The position numbers were made by a program, and so were the translations under genes. Below are positions 18,360 to 28,287 of a stretch of DNA of 64,000 nucleotides, in pieces. This stretch comes from Longimicrobiales bacterium. Its GTDB lineage: Bacteria; Gemmatimonadota; Gemmatimonadetes; Longimicrobiales; Gaopeijiaceae. The DNA lies in NCBI GenBank assembly GCA_965202805.1, contig OZ241869.1, forward strand, positions 2,816,001-2,880,000. The letters are read 5' to 3'. The notes below the pieces were generated by a model. It was given only the letters and a program-made list of their open reading frames with translations, was not told where the DNA came from and made no database searches. Position 1 is the first letter of the stretch. Every line of letters begins with the position of its first letter.

Positions 18360-19340
18360 TCAGTTGCGGTAGAGAACCTTCCTGCAGGCGTCCGCGACCC
18401 GTGCCGCGTCGGGTTTCGACTGCTTCTCCAGATTCCTGGCGTAGGGCATGGGCACGTCCGCCTGGGTGATTCGCTGCACCGGCGCGTCCAGGTCGTCGAA
18501 GCCCTCGTCCTGGATCAGCGCGACGACCTGCGCGCCGACGCCCACGAACGGCCAGCATTCCTCCACGTAGACGGCACGATTGGTCTTGTGGACGGAGCGC
18601 AGAATCGCCTCCATGTCCAGGGGACGGAGCGAGCGCAGGTCGAGCACCTCGGCGGAAACGTCCTCCTTCTCCAGCGTGCGTGCCGCCTGGAGCGCCACAT
18701 GGACCATCTGTCCGTGCGAGATGATGGTGACGTCCGTGCCCTCCATCTTCACATCGGCAACGCCCAGGGGTACGAAGTGCTCGCCCTCGGGAACGTCGCC
18801 GCGGGCGTTGTAGAGCAGCTCGGACTCCATCACGACCACCGGGTCGTCGTCGCGAATCGCGGCCTTGAGCAGGCCCTTCGCATCCGCCGGCGTCGCCGGA
18901 TTCACCAGCTTGACCCCGGGGGCGTGGACATAATAGGACTCGCACGCCTGCGAGTGCTGTGCGGCGAGCTGCAGGGCCGCCCCGTTGGGTCCGCGAAAGA
19001 CGATGGGCACGTGCAGCTGCCCGTTCGTCATGTAATGGGTCTTGGCAGCGTTGTTGATGACCTGGTCGAGGGCCAGGAACGCAAAGTTGAAGGTCATGAA
19101 CTCGATGACCGGGCGGAGCCCCGCCATGGCCGCGCCTACGCCCAGTCCTGCGAAGCCGAGTTCGCTGATCGGAGTGTCCACCACGCGGCTGTCGCCGAAG
19201 CGATCGAGCAGGCCCCGCGACACCTTGTAGGCGCCATCGTACTCCGCGACTTCCTCGCCCATGAGAAAAACGGAGTCGTCGCGCTCCATCTCCTCGGCGA
19301 GCGCCTCGTTGAGGGCGTCCCGGTAGGTCATGACCGCCAT
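18360..19340 (-). CDS. pdhB: Pyruvate dehydrogenase E1 beta subunit
   Basis: Start MAVMTYRDAL; DTPISE, EFMTFNF, AAQHSQ. Confidence 0.95.
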   Translation of the reverse strand: MAVMTYRDALNEALAEEMERDDSVFLMGEEVAEYDGAYKVSRGLLDRFGDSRVVDTPISELGFAGLGVGAAMAGLRPVIEFMTFNFAFLALDQVINNAAKTHYMTNGQLHVPIVFRGPNGAALQLAAQHSQACESYYVHAPGVKLVNPATPADAKGLLKAAIRDDDPVVVMESELLYNARGDVPEGEHFVPLGVADVKMEGTDVTIISHGQMVHVALQAARTLEKEDVSAEVLDLRSLRPLDMEAILRSVHKTNRAVYVEECWPFVGVGAQVVALIQDEGFDDLDAPVQRITQADVPMPYARNLEKQSKPDAARVADACRKVLYRN

Positions 19341-19341
19341 C

Positions 19342-20406
19342 TCAGCCTCCCCGCCCATCGAGGAAAAGCCTTCCGTGTACGGCCATGTCGCTGTAGACGT
19401 GTTCGTGGAGACTGTCATCGGAGGGGAGCGGCGAGCGGTCCGCGAAGTCGGCGGCGTCATCGACCAGCTCGCGCACCTCCTCGTCCATGCGCTCGAGGTC
19501 GTCCCGCGTGAGGTGCCCGCTCCGGATCAGCAGATCGCGCAGATGGGCGATGGGGTCGTCTTCGCGGACCCGCGACTCGACCTCCTCCTTGCTGCGATAG
19601 GTGCCCGATACCGGATCGGACATCGAATGGCCCTTGAAGCGATACGTCTCGGCGTCCACGAACTGGGGTCCCGCGCCGTCGCGCACGCGTTCCAGCAGGT
19701 CTTCCATCAGTCGCCAGACCGCAAGCACATCCTGGCCGTCCACGTAGTGCGCGGGAATCCCGTGCGCCCGCGATTTCTCGACCATGGGGGTCGTGGTCAC
19801 GCGGTTGAACGCCGTCCCCATGCCGTACCCGTTGTTCTCGACGACGTAGATGACCGGCAGCTTCCAGATGGCCGCCATGTTGAGCGACTCGTGAAACGAG
19901 CCCTGGTTGACGGCCGCGTCTCCCAGGAAGCAGACGCAGACGCGGTCCTCGCCGCGGTAGCGGATCGCCCAGCCCAGACCGGTCGCCAGCGGAATCTGGC
20001 CCCCGACGATGCCCCATCCACCCATGAAGTTGTGCTTCGCGGAGAAGAGGTGCATCGAGCCCCCCTTGCCGCCGGAACAGCCGCCCGCCCGGCCGTACAA
20101 CTCGGCCATCGCCGCGCGCGCGGAGATGCCCTTGGCGAGCGCAAGCGTGTGTTCCCGGTAGGCCGAGAGGGCATAGTCCTCGGGGCGAAGCGGCCCGATG
20201 AAGCCCAGCGCGACCGCTTCCTGCCCGGTATGCAGGTGGCAGAAGCCGCCGATCTTGCCGATCGCGTATGCCTCTTCCGCCTTCTGCTCGAATCGCCGGT
20301 ATATGAGCATCTCGCGCAGGAAGCGAAGCACCTGTTCGGGCGGAAAGCCTTCAATGACGGGCGGAGGGGCGGACCTGGATGCGTCCCGAACGGCGCTGTC
20401 AGGCAT
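19342..20406 (-). CDS. pdhA: Pyruvate dehydrogenase E1 alpha subunit
   Basis: GGFCHL, GKGGSMH, TPP motif GDAA..NN, YRFKGHSMSDP. Confidence 0.95.
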   Translation of the reverse strand: MPDSAVRDASRSAPPPVIEGFPPEQVLRFLREMLIYRRFEQKAEEAYAIGKIGGFCHLHTGQEAVALGFIGPLRPEDYALSAYREHTLALAKGISARAAMAELYGRAGGCSGGKGGSMHLFSAKHNFMGGWGIVGGQIPLATGLGWAIRYRGEDRVCVCFLGDAAVNQGSFHESLNMAAIWKLPVIYVVENNGYGMGTAFNRVTTTPMVEKSRAHGIPAHYVDGQDVLAVWRLMEDLLERVRDGAGPQFVDAETYRFKGHSMSDPVSGTYRSKEEVESRVREDDPIAHLRDLLIRSGHLTRDDLERMDEEVRELVDDAADFADRSPLPSDDSLHEHVYSDMAVHGRLFLDGRGG

Positions 20407-21517
20407 ATGCCACCTCCCTTCCGTCCTTTCCCTCTCTCCCGGGGCGCCTCGTCTCGATCTGCACCAGCCGGAGCCCGGGCACCTCCGCGGGCGCCGGGAG
20501 GTCCGCCTCCAGCACGTGCCGAAGCGAACCCGCTGCGCCGGCGGACACCTGGCGCGCCTGATCCCTGGCGTGATAGCTGGAGCGGACCAGGGGACCGGCC
20601 TCGACGTGCCGGAAGCCGAGTTCCTCCTGGCCGATACGCTTCCAGTCGTCGAATTCCCCGGGGGTCACCCAGCGGGCAACGGGAATGTGCTGGAGCGACG
20701 GACGGAGATACTGGCCCAGGGTGAGGATATCGACACCGGCCTCGCGGAGGTCGCTCATTGCCTGCCGGATCTCGGGTGCTCGCTCCCCCATCCCCAGGAT
20801 GATGCCCGTCTTGGTCAGGATGCGCGGCTCGAGGCGCTTGGAGGCTCCGAGAAAGGAAATCGAGCGCCAGTATCGGCCCCCGGGCCGCACGTCGGGGTGG
20901 AGCCGCTCGACGGTCTCCAGGTTGTGCCCGAGAATCGCCGGTCGAGCGGCCAGAACCGTCGCCAGGGCGTCCTCGTCGCCCTTGAAGTCGGGGATCAGCA
21001 CCTCGACCGAGCAGGCGGGAAGCCGATCTTCGATGCGGCGAATGGTCTCCGCATAGATCGCGGCGCCGCCGTCGGGCAGTTCGTCGCGGTTCACGCTGGT
21101 GATGACGACGTGTTCGAGCTCCATCGCGGCCACGGTTTCCGCGACGCGACGCGGCTCGTCGCGGTCCAGCACGGTCGGCAGTCCGTGGGCGACCGCGCAG
21201 TACTTGCAGGCGCGCGTGCAGACGTCCCCGAGGATCATGAAGGTGGCGGTGCCGGCCTCCCAGCACTCCCCGATGTTGGGGCAGCCCGCCTCCTCGCACA
21301 CGGTGTGAAGCGCCTGGCTGCGCATGAGTCGCTTCAACCGCAGGTAGTTCGGTCCCCCGGGCGAACGTACCTTGAGCCAGGACGGCTTGCGGTCGCTCGG
21401 GGAAATCGTAGCGAGGCCCTCGTGCGCGCGGATGCGGGAAGTCCCCTTGGGCCTGACGGTGCCCGTATCCTTACGCGCCGGCGCGTATCCTTTCCAGGCT
21501 TTGAGGGGCTGGCTCAA
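20399..21517 (-). CDS. lipA: Lipoyl synthase
   Basis: CEEAGCPNIGEC and CTRACKYC clusters, RSSY; TTG start at 21517 inferred from an upstream GGAG. Confidence 0.93.
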   Translation of the reverse strand: MSQPLKAWKGYAPARKDTGTVRPKGTSRIRAHEGLATISPSDRKPSWLKVRSPGGPNYLRLKRLMRSQALHTVCEEAGCPNIGECWEAGTATFMILGDVCTRACKYCAVAHGLPTVLDRDEPRRVAETVAAMELEHVVITSVNRDELPDGGAAIYAETIRRIEDRLPACSVEVLIPDFKGDEDALATVLAARPAILGHNLETVERLHPDVRPGGRYWRSISFLGASKRLEPRILTKTGIILGMGERAPEIRQAMSDLREAGVDILTLGQYLRPSLQHIPVARWVTPGEFDDWKRIGQEELGFRHVEAGPLVRSSYHARDQARQVSAGAAGSLRHVLEADLPAPAEVPGLRLVQIETRRPGREGKDGREVAYA

Positions 21518-21729
21518 CCTCGACTTCTCCGTCGCTCGTTCCCTTGAAGCGGACCCGGATCGGCCCCCTGGTATCGCAGGATTGGCTGGTCGGGGGCCGC
21601 CGGCAAAGCGGGCCCGCGAGGGGTCTCCATCTCGGGTTCCGGCGCGGCTTGCGCCTCCCGCTGCGTAGCTTGGAATGATAAAACCCCGACGCTTTCTACG
21701 GCAACGGAGCGCGCGTGCGCAACGCAGGC

Positions 21730-22905
21730 CTAGAAGCCGAATCCCCGCAGCGCTTGAGCGATGCCCATCCCCGCGTACGTGCCCAGGGCGTAGCCGAGCA
21801 GACCCACCAGAATGCCCGGCAGAATGAGGGATCGCCACCCCCCGGCCACCGCTACCGCCAGTGCGCTGCCGGGACCTCCCACGGCGGCCTGGGAAGCAAC
21901 GCACAACGTGCCGATATCCACGCGCAGGAACCGGCCCGCCAGGAAGACCAGCACTCCGTGGACGGCGACGACGAAGAGCGCGTAGAAGAGCACCTGGACG
22001 CCCACGGCGAGCACTTCCGCGATCCGCGAGTAGATGCCGATCACCACAAAGAAGAACAGCAATGCCAGGTTGCCAAGCTGCAGCGCGCCCCGTTTCGCCC
22101 CGGATGGCATGACGTACCCCGTGACAAGGGCCAGAGTGGTGAGCCAGAGCACCGGATTGATTCCGGGGGTGACGGCCGCGACGACCCGGGACGCGATCAC
22201 GATCGCGAGCCCTGCCGCGACGAGAATGGCCAGCCGATTAGTGGAAAGCGATGCGCGTGCGAAGAGCGGATGCGCGGATTGGTCGTCGGGGAGATCGGGA
22301 TCGTGGCCGGCGTGGTCCGGGACCGGGGCCGAATCGGCGCCTGGTGATGGTGGCGGTGCCGGGTAATGCCGCCCGATCCACCGGGGCAGCACCACGCACG
22401 CCGCCAGCCAGAGGCCGGTGACGACGTTGTCCGCAGCCGTGGCGCCCACAAAAAGGGCATCGGACATGTCGACTGCCCGGCTTACCGCCGTGAAGTTCAG
22501 TGATCCGCCCGAATACGTTCCCGTGAGCGCTCCCGCCAGCTTCCACGTCTCCTCGCCGATCGCGTCTCCGAACAGGAACGCCCCCGCAAACGCCCCGAGG
22601 GCCGTGCCCGCCACCGCGATGCCGAACGCGATCAGCATGGCCCCGCCGGCCTTCCTCAGGTCGGCCAGGTTGACCGCCAGGAGCAGCCACACGATGGCCA
22701 GATCGGTCGCGGTGCCGGTGATGGCCTGGTAGGTGGGCGAGGCCGGGGGCACGAGCCCCGCGTTGGAAAGAACGCCGCCGATGGCGATGGCGAGCAGGGT
22801 GGCTCCCAGCTTCCAGATCCCCGGCACCCGGCGACGCTCCAGCCACAGGGCGAGCACGACCACGCCGGCGATGGTGGCGATGAGCGCCAGAGGGGTATCG
22901 ATCAT
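21730..22905 (-). CDS. DUF819-like integral membrane protein
   Basis: About 10 hydrophobic helices; GTYSGGSLNF and ASQAAVGGP motifs. Confidence 0.8.
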   Translation of the reverse strand: MIDTPLALIATIAGVVVLALWLERRRVPGIWKLGATLLAIAIGGVLSNAGLVPPASPTYQAITGTATDLAIVWLLLAVNLADLRKAGGAMLIAFGIAVAGTALGAFAGAFLFGDAIGEETWKLAGALTGTYSGGSLNFTAVSRAVDMSDALFVGATAADNVVTGLWLAACVVLPRWIGRHYPAPPPSPGADSAPVPDHAGHDPDLPDDQSAHPLFARASLSTNRLAILVAAGLAIVIASRVVAAVTPGINPVLWLTTLALVTGYVMPSGAKRGALQLGNLALLFFFVVIGIYSRIAEVLAVGVQVLFYALFVVAVHGVLVFLAGRFLRVDIGTLCVASQAAVGGPGSALAVAVAGGWRSLILPGILVGLLGYALGTYAGMGIAQALRGFGF

Positions 22906-22974
22906 GAAAGGGCGGATCGCCAGGCGTGCCGTGGCCGCCGCTCACCGTGCGCGCTCGGATTCATCCGCGGGCTG

Positions 22975-23730
22975 TCAGCCACCGGTTCGCGTCTCGGCGG
23001 CCTGCCTCATCTCTTCGAGCGGGATGGCGTGCATGAAGTACTCCTCGAGCCCGCGCGCCTGTTCGCTGTCCCACGCCTCCAGGAATCGAGCGAAATAGGC
23101 GTTGGCTCCGTCATTGTCGCCGAGTTCGGAGGCCGCCCGTGCCGCCGCGCCCAGGAGCAGCAGGTGGCTGGGGGCGTCGGCCAGCGCCCGCTCTGCCACT
23201 TCCCGGGCCATCAGGTGATCGCCGCCCAGAGCGTGCAGCAGCGACAGGTGGTAGTGGCCGTCCGCATCCAGGGGAACCACCAGGTTGTAGGCGTCCAGGG
23301 CCATCGGCAGAAACGCCAGCGCCTCGGCGCTGTCCCCCGCGGACGCGGCGCGCATGATTCGATCGTACAGTCGATCCGCCGCCTCCCGCGGCGTCATCGA
23401 GCTCAGATCCGGAGGTGCTCCCGCGCCGGAGGTCAGGCCCGCCGCGGGGTCAGGGAGGGGAGTATCGGCCGGCTCATCCCGGCCCAGCGCCCAGTACCCC
23501 GCGCCGATGACCAAAACGCCGGCGAACACGCCGCTGGCCCAAAGCACCCTCCTGCCACCCGCGCTCGCCGGCGGCCGGCGGCGCCCGAGGGGTGCGCCGC
23601 AGAAGATGCAGAAGGACGCTCCCGCCGGGACTGTTTGCCCACAGGAGGGGCACGACAGCTCCCGCATCGCGGCCCCGCACTCCGCGCAGAACTTGCCGGC
23701 GGCGACCGCGCCGCACTCCGGGCATTTCAT
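22975..23730 (-). CDS. Double zinc-ribbon membrane protein with TPR-like C-terminus
   Basis: Four CxxC pairs, one TM helix, helical repeats; GGAGG RBS before MKCPEC. Confidence 0.8.
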   Translation of the reverse strand: MKCPECGAVAAGKFCAECGAAMRELSCPSCGQTVPAGASFCIFCGAPLGRRRPPASAGGRRVLWASGVFAGVLVIGAGYWALGRDEPADTPLPDPAAGLTSGAGAPPDLSSMTPREAADRLYDRIMRAASAGDSAEALAFLPMALDAYNLVVPLDADGHYHLSLLHALGGDHLMAREVAERALADAPSHLLLLGAAARAASELGDNDGANAYFARFLEAWDSEQARGLEEYFMHAIPLEEMRQAAETRTGG

Positions 23731-23772
23731 GATGCGCCTCCTCCGGTGCACAACGGGTTCGGCCGCCGGTGC

Positions 23773-24525
23773 CTAGAAGCCCGTCGGGAAATCCAGAAAC
23801 TCCCAGGGAATGCCGAAGCGCGCCTCCAGGTGCGAGGCGAGCGCGCGCACCCCGAGGGTCTCGGTGGCGTAGTGGCCCGCATAGTACACGTTGATGCCGT
23901 ATTCCATCGCATCGAAGTACGTATGATGCGCTCCTTCCCCGGTGACGAGGGCATCGGCACCGGATGCCGCCGCTTCGGCAATCATGGACCCGCCCGCACC
24001 TGTCACAACCGCGATCCGGTGTATCCGGTCAGGTCCTCCATCTATAAGTCGGACTGGCACTTGCAGTGACTCTGTCAACCGATCACCGAGAGATCTGCGT
24101 GTCTCCGAAGCCGTCCCGATCCAGCCTACATCAATCCCCTGAAAGGAGCCAAAACCCTCGTCAATCTCGATGTTCAGAGCGCGGGCGAGCAAGGCGCAGT
24201 TGCCGACCTCGGGATGTGCGTCCAGCGGCAGATGAGCCGAGTAGAGACCCAGTTGGTTGGAGAGGAGGGCGAACAGCTTCCGGAAACGTCTGCCGGTGAC
24301 GGGCGCTGCCCCATCCCAGAAAAGCCCGTGGTGCACGAGCAGGAGGTCGCTTCCGCGCTCGACCGCGGCGTTGATGGCGGCTTCACTGGCGTCCACCGCG
24401 GCGCAGATGCTGCCAACCCGGGCCGCCCCCTGAACCTGAAGTCCGTTGTAGGCGTTGGGGTAGTCGGGGAAGTCAGGGACGCGGAGGTATTGGTCAACAT
24501 ACTCTACGAGCGACTCCAGTTTCAT
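23773..24525 (-). CDS. Nif3-like dinuclear metal centre protein
   Basis: NGLQV, VHHGLFW, HLPLDAHPEVGN, GHYATE. Confidence 0.92.
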   Translation of the reverse strand: MKLESLVEYVDQYLRVPDFPDYPNAYNGLQVQGAARVGSICAAVDASEAAINAAVERGSDLLLVHHGLFWDGAAPVTGRRFRKLFALLSNQLGLYSAHLPLDAHPEVGNCALLARALNIEIDEGFGSFQGIDVGWIGTASETRRSLGDRLTESLQVPVRLIDGGPDRIHRIAVVTGAGGSMIAEAAASGADALVTGEGAHHTYFDAMEYGINVYYAGHYATETLGVRALASHLEARFGIPWEFLDFPTGF

Positions 24526-24594
24526 GCTCCCGGCCCTTTGCTTCCTGGCCTCTTGCACACGAATCCCCCGCGATCAGGAGGATGCATTTGAAGG

Positions 24595-24753
24595 TTTTCC
24601 ACGACCCGGGAAAAACAACAGCGGTGTGGACAACGCGCTTGCGGGAGGGACGAAGGACCTTCGGAAGAGTCGATGGTGTAATGGCTTCAGAGGTTTTCCA
24701 CAACACCGGCGGAGCACGGGAAAACCCTTTCCCGCCGGACTGAGTTATTCTCA
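24595..24753. promoter_or_regulatory. Cluster of DnaA-box-like 9-mers
   Basis: TTTTCCACG 24595, TGTGGACAA 24625, TTTTCCACA 24694, TTATTCTCA 24745. Confidence 0.55.
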
Positions 24754-24770
24754 GGCACTTCGCCCATGGC

Positions 24771-25157
24771 TCACGTCCGCGGCGAGGGGGGTTTGGCGCC
24801 CCGGCTTCCCATCTTGACGGTTCCGTTGACGGTTGCGCCCTCTTCAAGCACGATGCGCCGGGTGTCGATATCCCCGTCGACGTCACAGGACGACTGCAGC
24901 TCCAGGCGCGAAGCGATCTTCAGGCTACCCTTGAGCTTTCCCGAGATGACCGCGTCCTGGGTGGAGATGTCACCGACCACGATTCCGCCCTTTCCGACGA
25001 CAACCGCCTTTCCGGCCTCCACTCCCCCCTCGATCCTGCCTTCGATGCGGATGGTCCCCTCGGTCTTGCAGTTGCCGACTACGGTCATCCCGGGTCCGAT
25101 GATCGAAATCGTGTTGTCTGGAGACGCGGGGGGCGAAGTCGGGCGCTGTTTGCTCAT
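24771..25157 (-). CDS. Bactofilin (polymer-forming cytoskeletal protein)
   Basis: SIIGPGMTVVGN..IRIEG..IVLEEGATVNG beta-helix pattern. Confidence 0.92.
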   Translation of the reverse strand: MSKQRPTSPPASPDNTISIIGPGMTVVGNCKTEGTIRIEGRIEGGVEAGKAVVVGKGGIVVGDISTQDAVISGKLKGSLKIASRLELQSSCDVDGDIDTRRIVLEEGATVNGTVKMGSRGAKPPSPRT

Positions 25158-25218
25158 CCTGGTGTTTCCCTTACTGGTAAGTTGAGACGAATCGAGGAAA
25201 GACGGGTTCCGCCAACTT

Positions 25219-25971
25219 TCAGCGTCGGTCAAGGATTGTCAACGGATCGACAGGTTCGTTGTTTCGAAGGATTTCGAAGTGAAGGTGGGGAGCCGTCGAC
25301 CTGCCGGTCGATCCGCTCAGTGCAATAACCTCGTTCTGCCGCACCAGGTCCCCGGCCGCGACAAACGTCACGGAAGCATGAGCATACAAGCTGCCATATC
25401 CGTCGCCGTGGTCAAGGCGTACAAACCGGCCGTAGAGGGGATCCTCTCCCGCTTCGGCCACCACCGCCCCACCCGCGGCGCGGATGTAGGAGCCCGTGGG
25501 TATGGCGATGTCCAGACCCGGATGTTCCCCGACCATGCCTTCGATCAAGGGCTGAGTCACGAAACCCCTTTCGGTCAACGGCCAACTGGTGGGCCTGGTT
25601 TCGTCCGCGACCGTCCGTCCGGAGTTTCCCTCGTTACCTACCGGAGGCAGCCACAGGTCCGACAGCGCGGTTGGGCGGGCTCCAAACAACTCGGCGATCC
25701 GCAGATAGCGTGCCTCCACCGTGTCGATGTGCGTGCTCAGCGCCTGAATCCCTTCCGCCTGGACCGCAAGCGAGTCCGACAGGATGTCCACGCGATGCGT
25801 GGTCACAGCGACGCCGACCACGTAGCCCGCCGACATCAGTCCAATCAGGGCGAGCGAGGCCAGGACGGCGTGCCTGGTCGTCAGCTCATGGCTTCGGGTA
25901 TTCGCCGACCCTTCGGTCAGGAGCATGACCGTCAGACCTCGGCGGCTTGGAGACTTCCTATTCCAGAACAT
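25219..25971 (-). CDS. M23 family metallopeptidase
   Basis: HPGLD, YAH, GRSTAPHLHFE; N-terminal TM helix. Confidence 0.92.
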   Translation of the reverse strand: MFWNRKSPSRRGLTVMLLTEGSANTRSHELTTRHAVLASLALIGLMSAGYVVGVAVTTHRVDILSDSLAVQAEGIQALSTHIDTVEARYLRIAELFGARPTALSDLWLPPVGNEGNSGRTVADETRPTSWPLTERGFVTQPLIEGMVGEHPGLDIAIPTGSYIRAAGGAVVAEAGEDPLYGRFVRLDHGDGYGSLYAHASVTFVAAGDLVRQNEVIALSGSTGRSTAPHLHFEILRNNEPVDPLTILDRR

Positions 25972-26875
25972 CGGAGGCCTCCCGGCCCGACACCAGGGCA
26001 AACAGGCGTTCAAGGTCCTGGTCGTCGTGGAAGGGGATTTCGATGCGCCCCCTGCTTCCCCTCTGCCGGCGAACGACTACTCGTGTGCCGAGCGCCGCGC
26101 ACAACTCCTGCTGCAACGCATGGAGCACCGGATCCAATGCTCGCGACGACCGGGCCCGACGCTTTCGGTTGTCTGGAGCGCCTTCATTGCGAGCCGGGCG
26201 CGTCGGCGTGGTGCGGACGGCATCCTCGAGCTTGCGCACCGACCAACCGCCTTCGACCGCCATTCGAGCCAGCTCGGCAGCCCATTCCCGGTCGTCGACG
26301 GCGAGGAGCGCCCGCGCGTGTCCCGGCGTCAGCTTCTCCTCCCCGAGCAATTGCCGCACTTCGGCGGGAAGCTTCAGCAGACGGAGGATGTTGGTTACCG
26401 CGGCGCGGCTCTTTCCGACAGCCAGCGCGATGTCCTCCTGTGTGCGCTTGAACTTGTCCACCAGCACCCTGTAGCCTTCGGCCTCCTCCAGCGCGCCGAG
26501 ATTGCGGCGCTGAAGGTTCTCGACGAGCGCCAGCACAAGCATGGTTTCGTCATCTACGTCGCGAACGATGGCCGGCACTTCGCCCCACCCGAGTCTCGTG
26601 ACAGCTCGAAATCGGCGTTCTCCCGCAACCAACTCCCATTGTCCCTGCGCCGGCGCGGATCTGACGAGCACGGGCTGGAGCAATCCGTTGGCGCTGATTG
26701 AAGCCGCGAGTTCCCGGATTTCCTCTTCCTTGAACTCGCGACGGGGCTGGAACGGGTTGGGAATCACGGAATCCAGGGGCAGGCTGGCGACCTCGCCTTC
26801 CACGGGTCGATCGAGATGATCCCCCAGAAGGGCGCCCAGGCCGCGCCCGAGCCGAGTGTTCGGAGCAACGCTCAT
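25958..26875 (-). CDS. parB: Chromosome partition protein ParB
   Basis: LGRGLGALL, PNPFQPRR, GERRFRA, ENLQR, HTH, GHARALL. Confidence 0.96.
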   Translation of the reverse strand: MSVAPNTRLGRGLGALLGDHLDRPVEGEVASLPLDSVIPNPFQPRREFKEEEIRELAASISANGLLQPVLVRSAPAQGQWELVAGERRFRAVTRLGWGEVPAIVRDVDDETMLVLALVENLQRRNLGALEEAEGYRVLVDKFKRTQEDIALAVGKSRAAVTNILRLLKLPAEVRQLLGEEKLTPGHARALLAVDDREWAAELARMAVEGGWSVRKLEDAVRTTPTRPARNEGAPDNRKRRARSSRALDPVLHALQQELCAALGTRVVVRRQRGSRGRIEIPFHDDQDLERLFALVSGREASDVLE

Positions 26876-27675
26876 GAAGGTACGGGAGCCCTCGTCGTAG
26901 CAAGTCTATGTTGCGTTCGCTGAATGACTTCCCTGGCCAGCCGGAGGTAGTAGCGGGCCCCGGCGGACAGGACATCGTATACGATGATGGGCTTGCCGAA
27001 GCTCGGCGCCTCCGCCAGGCGAACGTTCCTGGGGATCGCGTTCGTAAAGACCTTGTCTCCAAAGTACTCGCGGGCTTCCCGGGCGACCTGTTTCGACAGG
27101 TTGAGCCGCTTGTCGAACATGGTCAGGAGCACGCCCTCGATCTCCAGGCCCGTGTTGAGCCCCCGCTGTACGACGCGAACCGTGTTCAGAAGCTGGCTGA
27201 GGCCTTCCAGCGCGTAGAACTCGCACTGAATCGGGATGAGTACGGAGTCGGCCGCGGTCAGGGTGTTGAGCGTGAGGAGACCCAGCGATGGGGGGCAGTC
27301 CACGAGAATGTAGTCGTAGTCGTGGCGAATCGGCTCAAGAGCCGTTCGCAGAACGGATTCGCGGGCCTCGACGCCCACCAGTTCGATTTCCGCGCCCGCC
27401 AGGTCGCGCGTGGTGCCGACCATGTCCAGGTAGGGAAAGTGAAGCTGGCGAACCCTTGATTCCTCGATCGAGCGCCCGCCGATCATGACCTCGTACATTC
27501 CGGAGACCTGGTCGTGGCCCCAGAGGCCCAACCCGCTGCTCGCATTGGCCTGTGGATCCATGTCGATGACCAGCGTGCGCTGTTCGGCCACGGCCAATGC
27601 GGCTCCCAGGTTGATCGCGGTTGTCGTCTTCCCTACACCCCCCTTCTGGTTGGCGATGGTAATGACTCTGGACAT
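26872..27675 (-). CDS. parA: Chromosome partition ATPase ParA/Soj
   Basis: NQKGGVGKTT deviant Walker A, DCPPSLG, PRNVRLAEAPS. Confidence 0.96.
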   Translation of the reverse strand: MSRVITIANQKGGVGKTTTAINLGAALAVAEQRTLVIDMDPQANASSGLGLWGHDQVSGMYEVMIGGRSIEESRVRQLHFPYLDMVGTTRDLAGAEIELVGVEARESVLRTALEPIRHDYDYILVDCPPSLGLLTLNTLTAADSVLIPIQCEFYALEGLSQLLNTVRVVQRGLNTGLEIEGVLLTMFDKRLNLSKQVAREAREYFGDKVFTNAIPRNVRLAEAPSFGKPIIVYDVLSAGARYYLRLAREVIQRTQHRLATTRAPVPS

Positions 27676-27882
27676 GGAAGCAGCGGTCAACCTTTGCCGG
27701 GGGAGGGTTTTGCACAACAGCGAGTCGTCCCGGGATCGAACTCCGGACTCAAACGAGAGTCCCATCCGAAAGCTACCCGACCCCCGGTTTGCAGAAAAGG
27801 TGGATGCGCGTCGTTCGCGGCTGGTCTCGCGCCCTCTGGCGGGTCACCCTTACATATGGATCCGGGTGCCCCGACACACCGG

Positions 27883-28287
27883 CTAGCGGTCGCGGGGCGG
27901 CTCCGATGCGGGGGGAGCGCTCGCCGAACCTGCGGCAGGGTCCGACGGCGTGAAGTAGCGCGCCTTCATTGCCTGGAAGCGACGCGCGGACTTCGCGTCC
28001 AGGTGTTCATCCAGGTAGCGGTCCAGCAGGGGAACCAGTTGTTCTCTGAGGAAGGCTCCGCGCGCCATCCATTGGTAGTACTGCCGTCCGCCGTGCCGGT
28101 AGGGACCGTACAGCTTCCCCCCCGGGAAGTTCTCCATGATCCAGTCGAAGAGCGTCTTGTGGTCCGTGTGCATGCGGAGCGTCACGTGCGGCTGCCGACC
28201 ATCTCCACCGAAATGTCCTTCCCCAACGAGGATTCCCACGAGGAACCCGACGTCGAAGTCCCGGCCTGCTCCTTGTTTCACCGTCAT
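27883..28287 (-). CDS. Stand-alone single-motif LAGLIDADG-like protein (134 aa)
   Basis: FLVGILVGEGHF motif helix followed by alternating strands and helices (PHVTLRM, LFDWIMENFPGGKLY, YYQW); ATG overlaps the mnmG TGA. Confidence 0.7.
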   Translation of the reverse strand: MTVKQGAGRDFDVGFLVGILVGEGHFGGDGRQPHVTLRMHTDHKTLFDWIMENFPGGKLYGPYRHGGRQYYQWMARGAFLREQLVPLLDRYLDEHLDAKSARRFQAMKARYFTPSDPAAGSASAPPASEPPRDR

